Source: Pseudoalteromonas translucida KMM 520 (lineage in GTDB: Bacteria > Pseudomonadota > Gammaproteobacteria > Enterobacterales > Alteromonadaceae). From it: a DNA stretch of 32,000 nucleotides. Both the position numbers and the translations under genes were made by a program. Each line of letters opens with the position of its first letter. Position 1 is the first letter of the stretch. Under the pieces are notes generated by a model. It was not told the DNA's origin. It saw only the letters and a program-made list of their open reading frames with translations, and ran no database searches. Of this stretch, positions 1 to 7,263 are shown in pieces. The stretch is taken from assembly GCF_001465295.1 (NCBI RefSeq), contig NZ_CP011034.1:450001-482000 (forward strand). The letters run 5' to 3'.

Positions 1-901
1 TAAACAACGTCGTATCCTGATTATTCTTGTAAATATCAGCTAATTTTTGTTTGCAGACATCATCGTCAGTTATTAGCCCCACATGACGTTCAGGTTGAGC
101 TAAATCTTTAATAAAAACAGGATTTATTTCATACTGGTTATACCAATGAATTTGAAATAGTCTCGACCATTGTGTTTTTGCTATGTGTTGAATGCCATTT
201 GTATCCAGCCAGTCCTTAAGCTCTTTTACTAAAGACGCTGTTGTGGTTAACTTAGCGCGTTGTGCATAGTAATCACGCAGTAAGTTTTGATTTAAGAGTG
301 ATAAAGAGTAATGAGTAGGAAAATGGGGGATATCTGTATTTTTATACTGGTGTTTAACGCGCAGTCTAGGATAAGGGCATTCATTAGTTATCGATTGGGA
401 GTCATTTAAAATAGTTGATATATCGCCAAGCGATAAAGGCGCTATCTCAAAGCCAATCATAATCACCATAAAAGCAGTGCCGAGCTCACGCTGCTCATAA
501 AAATTTTCGAGGTCTATTTGGTAGCATGAGAACACACGATGTGATAGCCCAGCTTCGTTTGCTATACTTTCAAACCACTCATGATCTGCGTCAGTAAGTA
601 AGGATTTAACAAGTTCAGAGCCATCCTGAGACTCAGGCAACTGCCACTGGCATGCATAACGTAAATAATAAAGAATGTTTTGCAAAGCTTTAGTGTAGTG
701 TACTCGCTTACCTGTTGGCACAGTTGCTATTATTCTTTGTGCTTTCTTTATTTCTTTTTCTTTTAATGAACGTGTTTGCTGCTGCATTACCGGCCATTTA
801 GTTAAAAGTTCAGCAATAACTTGTGTATCAGCACACGGCTGTGCCGTTTTACTTAGGTAGTCTTGAATATCTGTTGCATGTATCAATGCGGGGTTAGACA
901 T
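1..901 (-). CDS. hypothetical protein, third gene of the recombinase-like operon (N-terminal ~300 aa only; continues past the left window edge)
   Basis: Not in the supplied ORF track because it is truncated. My own minus-strand translation from ATG 901..899 gives MSNPALIHATDIQDYLSKTAQPCADTQVIAELLTKWPVMQQQTRSLKEKE..., with no stop down to position 1. Its ATG overlaps the TAA (896..894) of the upstream 521-aa ORF (ATGTCTAA), which implies translational coupling. I recognise no motif. Confidence 0.6.
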   Translation of the reverse strand, partial: MSNPALIHATDIQDYLSKTAQPCADTQVIAELLTKWPVMQQQTRSLKEKEIKKAQRIIATVPTGKRVHYTKALQNILYYLRYACQWQLPESQDGSELVKSLLTDADHEWFESIANEAGLSHRVFSCYQIDLENFYEQRELGTAFMVIMIGFEIAPLSLGDISTILNDSQSITNECPYPRLRVKHQYKNTDIPHFPTHYSLSLLNQNLLRDYYAQRAKLTTTASLVKELKDWLDTNGIQHIAKTQWSRLFQIHWYNQYEINPVFIKDLAQPERHVGLITDDDVCKQKLADIYKNNQDTTLF

Positions 902-2459
902 AATGTAACTCCTTAACGCCGATATGTTGGTCTAGCCCGTTTAAGTAAGCTTTTAGAACGCCAATATTTTTTGGGAACATAATGTCGCTACCTAAATGTT
1001 CTCCTGTATTTTCATGGCCCATTAGGCGATCAATATCTTGAGCCGTAAGTGGGGTAAGACTAATAATTGTATGAGCACATTGAGCAAAATAGTGCCTGAG
1101 CTGATAAGGAACAACACCAGCCCAGTGTTTGTTCATAAATACACGTAATGCACGAGCACTTAATGGTGTTGGAGTTTCTGACTTATCATAAATGTACCAA
1201 AGCTCAGGTAAATCATCATGTAAGCTTAGTTGGGAATGAAGTGATGCTTTTAGCTCAGTGTAATGCGTAATTTCTCTAAGCAGGTAATCACTTAAAATAA
1301 CTTGCCTTAAGTGGCCTTTATCTTTGACAAACGTAACGTGAGTGAATGAAAAATAATGAGAGAGCAAACTAATACTGTGAGTTGGCCTTACTCCTGTTAA
1401 TACAATAAACAGCAATGCTATGCGAAAGCTGACAGCATTAAAGTAGGCTAACCACTGCGCACGTGAAGCTCTACTGGTTGGTTTTAGTTGTTTAACATAA
1501 CTATCAATACGATTAAAAAAGTCAGTGACGTCTTTATCTTTAGGAACACGGCGACTACCGAGCATAATTGCAGGCGCTGCAACATGATCACTCTTTCCTT
1601 TTGTTTTAATGATTTTATATTGACCCATACTCCCTTTATGTTTCAGATCTGGATCAATATTTTCGTAAGGCGTATCTCTTAGGCGCTCAGTAATAAGGTT
1701 AACCGTTTTACTTTCGAGATGAACTTTGAAATACGAATGCAAATTCTCTTTTCGTATGAATTCAAATAAAAAGCCGATATATCTGTGATGGGCATCAAAA
1801 ATTTTAAATCTCAGACGGTCGCTGCTGAGCCGTTGATAGCATATAGCGCTAGTATGGTGTGCTTTAACTGATTTTACTAAATGCTTTCTTGGGATAGGGG
1901 TCAAGGTTTCGTCTGCGCGAGCACATAACGATATATAACGATAAAAGGTATTTTTTCTCGCCGGTTTAAAAGTTTTGAGTACTAGTGGCCTCGTCCAGTG
2001 GCTACTTATTAATTTAAAAAGTCGCTGTTTAACGCGATCAGTTAAAAGGGGAGTATTATATCTTAGATCACCGAAATAAGGTTGGAAAATACAATTCAAA
2101 TAGCGCGGGATCGGTTGCCATACGTAATAAGTGTGTTGATTATCTTTTATTTCATGAGCGTACTCGACCCAACTATTATTACCTCGTGTAAAGGTACGAA
2201 AAGTGAATGGCTGACAATCAAACGCTCCTGATATACGAGTAAAATTTGGAATATCTTTGTAAGATTTAATACTAGACCATTGCTGAGTGAGCCAAAGGAA
2301 AAGAGTAATAATAGTCATTACAAGACGATCTTTTTTGTTTTCTTTATTTAGCTTTATCATCAAGATAGTAAATGTTGTAGCATGCTCCATTGCATCTGGA
2401 TAGCAGCCCCCCGCATTGTTTAAACGATTACTTCTCGCTATGTGTGTATACTTACTCAT
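894..2459 (-). CDS. tyrosine-recombinase-like protein with a ~340-aa unrecognised N-terminal region
   Basis: The C-terminal ~180 aa carries integrase-like blocks: LLFIVLTGVRPTHSISL (box I Arg), VTFVKDKGHLRQVIL (Lys hairpin), PYQLRHYFAQ (box II Arg) and LMGHENTGE (GH). The only candidate Tyr downstream is in VLKAYL, ~24 residues after the GH His, which is non-canonical spacing. A GGAGAGG SD lies ~5 nt upstream of ATG 2459. Confidence 0.6.
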   Translation of the reverse strand: MSKYTHIARSNRLNNAGGCYPDAMEHATTFTILMIKLNKENKKDRLVMTIITLFLWLTQQWSSIKSYKDIPNFTRISGAFDCQPFTFRTFTRGNNSWVEYAHEIKDNQHTYYVWQPIPRYLNCIFQPYFGDLRYNTPLLTDRVKQRLFKLISSHWTRPLVLKTFKPARKNTFYRYISLCARADETLTPIPRKHLVKSVKAHHTSAICYQRLSSDRLRFKIFDAHHRYIGFLFEFIRKENLHSYFKVHLESKTVNLITERLRDTPYENIDPDLKHKGSMGQYKIIKTKGKSDHVAAPAIMLGSRRVPKDKDVTDFFNRIDSYVKQLKPTSRASRAQWLAYFNAVSFRIALLFIVLTGVRPTHSISLLSHYFSFTHVTFVKDKGHLRQVILSDYLLREITHYTELKASLHSQLSLHDDLPELWYIYDKSETPTPLSARALRVFMNKHWAGVVPYQLRHYFAQCAHTIISLTPLTAQDIDRLMGHENTGEHLGSDIMFPKNIGVLKAYLNGLDQHIGVKELHYV

Positions 2460-2472
2460 ATTGACCTCTCCA

Positions 2473-2955
2473 TTATCGAAAAGCAGACGGTGAGGTATTA
2501 GCTAAGTTTGCCAATATCGTTTTTTTAGGGGCGTGTATACCGTGCGCTTTAAAGCAAGCATGTCGCTGTTGAATATTAGCGCCCAAGCAATTTTTTAAAT
2601 AAAGTGTTACCGCACAGTTATATAGCAAGGTAACACTTAGCATATGCTCAACAGCATCTGCTGGATAAATAAGTACCTTTAAGGTAAGCTTTTTACTTAA
2701 AGGATGGGCTTTAAAGCGCTCTAGTATTCCACTCGACGCAAGTGTCAGGTAGCAATCACCATCAGTACTAAGTGTCACCGGTAGCGGGTGTAAATCTAAT
2801 ATTGTTTGTATAACCTCAATGGATAACTCACCAATGCAGTGGTTTACTTTTAAATTTACGAGATCATTTTTAATCAGCTCCCCTAATAGTGGATGAGCTT
2901 GTAATTTTGCTTTATCAAGCTGAATAGCTTTTTGCTTATGTTTCATATGACTCAT
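2473..2955 (-). CDS. hypothetical 160-aa protein, first gene of the recombinase-like operon
   Basis: The ORF ends 13 nt before the 521-aa ORF start, on the same strand. I recognise no motif. The C-terminal KKTILANLANTSPSAFR could be part of a DNA-binding helix, but that is speculative. The start could be ATG 2955 or ATG 2946. Confidence 0.5.
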   Translation of the reverse strand: MSHMKHKQKAIQLDKAKLQAHPLLGELIKNDLVNLKVNHCIGELSIEVIQTILDLHPLPVTLSTDGDCYLTLASSGILERFKAHPLSKKLTLKVLIYPADAVEHMLSVTLLYNCAVTLYLKNCLGANIQQRHACFKAHGIHAPKKTILANLANTSPSAFR

Positions 2956-3818
2956 TCTTTTTAATTAACGTATTCATGTCTAATTTATGGTAACCCTTTA
3001 CCATTGTTGCTTTGACGATTATGTCCGGCTATGTAGGCCTACTTATTTAGTGCGAATACAACACTCGCGTTTTGTAAAAAAATTCTTAATCGGTAAGCGC
3101 CAAAAATATTTATCTTGTCTATGTTAAATGATAAAAAATTTTTTTTGTGTGACAGAGGTACCTATTTTCGACGCTCTACCATTTTCCTAAGAACAAAAGT
3201 GAAAAACTTTTTGTTCTTGAAAAAACTTTTTAGACGAATATTTTTTAAATTTTTTATATTTAATAAATTTAACGCGCTTTTTTCGTCACAGCTTCGATTA
3301 ACCCCTACTTTGTTGGCACACTTATTTGTCGTGCTAAACATGAATATTCATAAACATTAAAATGACCAACTAGTTAAAATGTGAATAATTTAAATCGTAA
3401 AGGATTTTTTAAACGAGTTTCAGATTAGAGACCCCTTTTTTGGCACCTGAAAAAGAACACGTGATAAAAATATTTTTTTATAAAAAACATTATTTGTTCG
3501 ATAGTGGTTAATATCATTTATTTTCAATTGCCTAGAGTTTTTTCATTTTTTATTTTATTTAAAAAAATGTCTCTTTGAGTTTTTTAAATTTTTGTGGTTT
3601 TTTCTATTGTTTTAAGTTGACGGTGGGTTTTTAAGGGTAAATCAGGTTTTTGTATGCTTTTCTGTACGAATTTCATGGGGAGGGTTAGAGTATATGTGTT
3701 TTCAGCTCGCTGCTTTATTTGAAATTTGTTGTGTTTTTTTACTTTAACGCTGCTATTGAACTATGCATTTTTTCCAACAATGCCAGTGAAAAAACATCCA
3801 GTTATTTAATCACTGCAT

Positions 3819-4100
3819 TTAAGAAACAGTTCTGGTCATTACTTTTAATGTTAAAACAAACCCACATGGTTTTAGTACTTTTTTTAAAACCGATAAGCGA
3901 GGATCTGTGTTGTTTTTCTCAATATCACGCAATGTTCTATCTGATACTTTTACATAATTAGCAAAGCGTGTTTGCGACATTTTATAAAGCTTAGTGCGAA
4001 CTAATCGTACTGCATCACCTATTTCTATCTCATTATTTAAAATATCGTTCTCTATTTGTGCTAAAAAGGCTAACCTTTCTAATCCATCATATTTACTCAT
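3819..4100 (-). CDS. XRE-family helix-turn-helix protein (putative antitoxin/regulator partner of the HipA-like kinase)
   Basis: Classic XRE HTH: LYKMSQTRFANYVKVSDRTLRDIEKNNTDPRLSVLKKVL. The preferred start is ATG 4100 (MSKYDG...), with a GGGAG SD 6 nt upstream. It overlaps the kinase stop (4095..4093) as ATGAGTAA. The track's longer start at 4121 lies inside the kinase gene. Confidence 0.8.
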   Translation of the reverse strand: MSKYDGLERLAFLAQIENDILNNEIEIGDAVRLVRTKLYKMSQTRFANYVKVSDRTLRDIEKNNTDPRLSVLKKVLKPCGFVLTLKVMTRTVS

Positions 4101-5424
4101 CCATAACTCCCATTTGTACAAATTTACTCTCTAGAAACTCAAGCCCTATAGACGGAAAATAAACAATACGCTCAGGGCAACCAGCGGCTAAAAGTTTCAT
4201 GGGTAAATTTTTGAGCCTTTTGGCTATTTCTTGAAGATATGCAATCAATTCATCTGGATCACACATAGGTGAAAGTTGCTCAGCTATATGTAAAAAGTTT
4301 ACCTTGCCAGCACGTTCAAAACCCTCATCCCACTTAAATAGTCGCGTTACCATTTTAGGATCTGCTTTCATTGGCGCAAAGTCATAGATAGGGGCAAACG
4401 AAATCTTATTCTCTTTTTTGATAAATGAAATATTACGTCCATGATTGTCTGAATTTCCAAAGATTAAGTTCAAAAAGTCGCGTGCAATATATTGTTTTAC
4501 AAACTCTTCAGATGACATATCAGTCGTGTTACTAATTTTTGCCCAAAGGCAATTAATCACATCAAAATGATTCTGCGCACTTCCTGGCTCTGCATTAATA
4601 ATTGAATAGATACTTTCCATGCCTAACCTATGAGCAATTCCATCAACAATTTCAATATCAAAGCGAGGTAACCATAAGCTTACTTGGCCATTATGTTCGA
4701 GCATTTTTATTAAAGAGGGATCCATAGTCTCTACTGACAAACCATCGAGCACTTGGTTTAGCACTTGGTAATAAACGCCTTCAGCCTTCAAAATATCGTT
4801 ATCAATCTCTTGCCGGTTGTTTCTAGCAAATTTAGTTAAGTAAGCAGTGCCGGTTAAAGGTTTTCCTGCAAAGTCGCCATCTATATATACTTTATCTTCG
4901 ACAAGCATTAACAGTAGTTTAGGAGCAACACCGCCTGCACCAGTTGCCCCTCCAACCGTGGCACCTTGCTCATTGGCATATTCTAAAAAATCATACTGCA
5001 AAGACACAACGTCATTTATTTCAAAGTAAAGTACATGATTCTTGGTTAATACTTTGTTTGTTGATTCTTTGACTCGAAGATTGCCTACAGGAGAATTACA
5101 TGCGTTTTCTAACAAAGCGATATTTTTCTTAAAGGGTGTTTCATGCGCTACATTTAAGCGCCGTAACCACCAGGAGCGAGATTTTCCTACAGGCATTAAA
5201 TCATCCAAAAGAGCAGGCCATTTTAGATAGTCTGTCGGAATAATACTCAATGATGCATTAACAGAGCATGCTCTGTTATCAATACAGTCATTATCCGCTA
5301 AAGAAAACAGATATTCCGTAAAGTAAGTGAGCCTTACTTTAGAGCTCATTTCATCACCTGAAAACGTTAATTCAGCAGCATCATGCCACTGACCACCGTG
5401 AAACAATTGGAATATTACACTCAT
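4093..5424 (-). CDS. hipA: HipA-family serine/threonine kinase (type II toxin-like)
   Basis: HipA catalytic-loop motif GNSDNHGRNISF (D-x-H-x-x-N), Mg-binding APIYDFAP, and a Gly-rich ATP loop GGATGAGGVAPKLLL. Length 443 aa, similar to full-length HipA. A GAGG SD lies 5 nt upstream of ATG 5424. The symbol is a family-level assignment only. Confidence 0.8.
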   Translation of the reverse strand: MSVIFQLFHGGQWHDAAELTFSGDEMSSKVRLTYFTEYLFSLADNDCIDNRACSVNASLSIIPTDYLKWPALLDDLMPVGKSRSWWLRRLNVAHETPFKKNIALLENACNSPVGNLRVKESTNKVLTKNHVLYFEINDVVSLQYDFLEYANEQGATVGGATGAGGVAPKLLLMLVEDKVYIDGDFAGKPLTGTAYLTKFARNNRQEIDNDILKAEGVYYQVLNQVLDGLSVETMDPSLIKMLEHNGQVSLWLPRFDIEIVDGIAHRLGMESIYSIINAEPGSAQNHFDVINCLWAKISNTTDMSSEEFVKQYIARDFLNLIFGNSDNHGRNISFIKKENKISFAPIYDFAPMKADPKMVTRLFKWDEGFERAGKVNFLHIAEQLSPMCDPDELIAYLQEIAKRLKNLPMKLLAAGCPERIVYFPSIGLEFLESKFVQMGVMDE

Positions 5425-5713
5425 AAATACCTCAGAAGAATGCTTCCGAAAATTATAATGATTATGATCAAAAGGGAAGTATAGTTCTGTTATTGTGGTT
5501 ATTCAACAAATAAAAAGGAATTAAACTTCTGTTTTTAATTCATGCTAGTACAAATAAGAATTACATAATGCAATGCCATGTAAGAAACATATTAGCTACA
5601 TCAGTATGTCAGGCATTTTGATATGACGCTTGGTGTTAACAGGATTATGTGAATAAGTTTGGACTTCACCTGATAGGCAACTTTAAAAAGCCAACACAGC
5701 CCAAAAGGATTAA

Positions 5714-5812
5714 TTTGATTTATACATCTTCACTCTATAAATCAAAACCCCTTTCTATATGATTCATAAAGTGTGGACTTTTAAATCACAATTCGATATA
5801 AGTTGATTTATA
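5714..5812. promoter_or_regulatory. three copies of TTGATTTATA / TATAAATCAA in the hipA-fic divergent intergenic region (candidate operator)
   Basis: TTTGATTTATA (5714..5724) and TATAAATCAAA (5736..5746) form a perfect 11-bp inverted repeat with an 11-nt spacer. A third copy, TTGATTTATA, is at 5803..5812, ~22 nt upstream of the fic ATG. Confidence 0.35.
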
Positions 5813-5833
5813 AAATGCAAGAGTTTAAATCAT

Positions 5834-7156
5834 ATGTATCATTGGCAACAAAAAAATTGGCCTCTATTCGAATATGATGTGACACGCTTTGAGGTAAGTG
5901 TCAGCGAGTATTCGAAAAAGGCTTACAGTATTGAAGGGGCATTATCGCAAATACCGTTAAGTGACCATAATGATGCATTTGTCCACTTACTAGTGGAAGA
6001 AGCATTAAGCACCAGTGCCATTGAAGGTGAAAAACTTAACCGTGAAGAGGTGCGCTCATCGGTTGCTCGTTTTCTAGGGTTAAAAGAGCCAGAGCGTGGT
6101 GGTTACTTCCCTAAAGAAAAAGGCATTGCGGCGATGCTTGTTGATGTGCGCAAAAGCATTAAAAGTGCTATGTCTAAAACCTTACTTTGCCGTTGGCACA
6201 CGCTACTATTACACGGTAGTGAAGACTATTATGTAAACCCTATTACAAAAGGCGATTATCGAGACTCGTCCATTGATGTAATAAGAGAAGACTTATACGG
6301 CGACAGTGAAATCATCTACAAAGCACCCGGTAATAATCGCACTGAGGTTGAACATGAAATGGATGCTTTCATACAGTGGTATAATAGCGCCAATTGTTCA
6401 GGCCCTATAAAAGCAGCAGTTGCTCATTTATGGTTTGTCGCTATTCATCCGTTTCAAGATGGTAATGGCCGTGTTGGTAGAGCCATAGCCGAGCATGCGT
6501 TATTTCAAGACTTTTCGAGACCGCCGCTTTTTAGTATGTCGAGCATGATTAATACTAATCGAATGGAGTATTATCAACAGCTTAGAAATACTAATGCTAG
6601 CTTACAAATTAATGAGTGGATAGCGTGGTTTGTTGAGCTAGTTAGAACTTCGCAAGATAAGTCACTTGAGTCCGTTGAATTTGTATTGCAAAAATCAAAA
6701 TTTTGGGCTGAATATGCAGAGGTCAAACTCAACCAACGCCAAGAAAAAGTGATGAAAAAAATCTTCACTGTCGGCGCTGACGGCTTTGTGCGTGATGGTT
6801 TAACTAACGAAAAATACCGAGCTATTACTGGTGCGCCAACAGCAACCGCAACGAGGGATTTAAAATCATTGGTTGATAATGGCTTACTATATCCGTCAGG
6901 CGAAGGTAAGCGTGGATTACGCTACTTTGTGAACTTCCCGCAAGAGAAAAATCTATTTGCTGACAAAGGAGATGTTTCATTGGTTACAGATGTTAGCCTA
7001 ATTAAGATCTTGCAGAAAATAGAGCGTAATATTGAATATTTTCGTGGTGAAAAAAACTCAGGCTTAACAAAGCTTATTGATGAATATAAGGCTCTATCAT
7101 TAGATGAAAGAGTAGCGGATCGAAAGTTAGAAAAGCTTTTAGGACGAAACAGGTAA
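5834..7156 (+). CDS. Fic-domain protein (AMPylase-type) with an N-terminal intramolecular inhibitory motif and a C-terminal winged-helix-like region
   Basis: Canonical Fic motif HPFQDGNGRVGR (HxFx[D/E]GNGRxxR). The inhibitory (S/T)xxxE(G/N) motif is present as TSAIEG in LSTSAIEGEKL. The N-terminus MYHWQQKNWPLFEYD is typical of the Fic N-terminal domain family. Confidence 0.85.
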   Translation: MYHWQQKNWPLFEYDVTRFEVSVSEYSKKAYSIEGALSQIPLSDHNDAFVHLLVEEALSTSAIEGEKLNREEVRSSVARFLGLKEPERGGYFPKEKGIAAMLVDVRKSIKSAMSKTLLCRWHTLLLHGSEDYYVNPITKGDYRDSSIDVIREDLYGDSEIIYKAPGNNRTEVEHEMDAFIQWYNSANCSGPIKAAVAHLWFVAIHPFQDGNGRVGRAIAEHALFQDFSRPPLFSMSSMINTNRMEYYQQLRNTNASLQINEWIAWFVELVRTSQDKSLESVEFVLQKSKFWAEYAEVKLNQRQEKVMKKIFTVGADGFVRDGLTNEKYRAITGAPTATATRDLKSLVDNGLLYPSGEGKRGLRYFVNFPQEKNLFADKGDVSLVTDVSLIKILQKIERNIEYFRGEKNSGLTKLIDEYKALSLDERVADRKLEKLLGRNR

Positions 7157-7216
7157 ATTAGTTACAGGCTCGTAGTTACACAAAATCCGTTACAGGCTCA
7201 CCACGTCAGTATTTTT

Positions 7217-7263
7217 ACATGAGTAATACAGGCGTTTTCACGCATAAACGCTCGCGCTTTACG
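7217..7263 (+). repeat. left copy of a 46-47-nt direct repeat flanking the tnpB element
   Basis: acatgagtaatacaggcgttttcacgcataaacgctcgcgctttacg compared with 8742..8787 shows 3 substitutions and 1 indel. Confidence 0.8.

Noticed and set aside
1488-1682. Short ORFs nested in or antisense to larger genes. The list includes 1488..1682, 4847..5029, 5042..5230, 6574..6768, 7806..8165, 9631..9849, 14298..14582, 14854..15141, 16143..16406, 17495..17728, 18991..19173, 20215..20427, 20613..20873, 21397..21588, 22638..23080, 23306..23494, 24191..24382, 25199..25448, 25866..26438, 26991..27194, 29497..29694, 29941..30123 and 30882..31958.
   Set aside because: Each lies entirely inside, or largely overlaps, a longer ORF that has clear family motifs. 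They have no SD or motif support and show compositions typical of out-of-frame read-through.
3115-3961. ORFs 3115..3360 (81 aa) and 3719..3961 (80 aa) in or next to the AT-rich spacer.
   Set aside because: Their Phe/Lys/Leu-rich low-complexity translations are produced by T-tracts. The first starts at TTG and has no SD. The second overlaps the well-supported XRE gene on the opposite strand.
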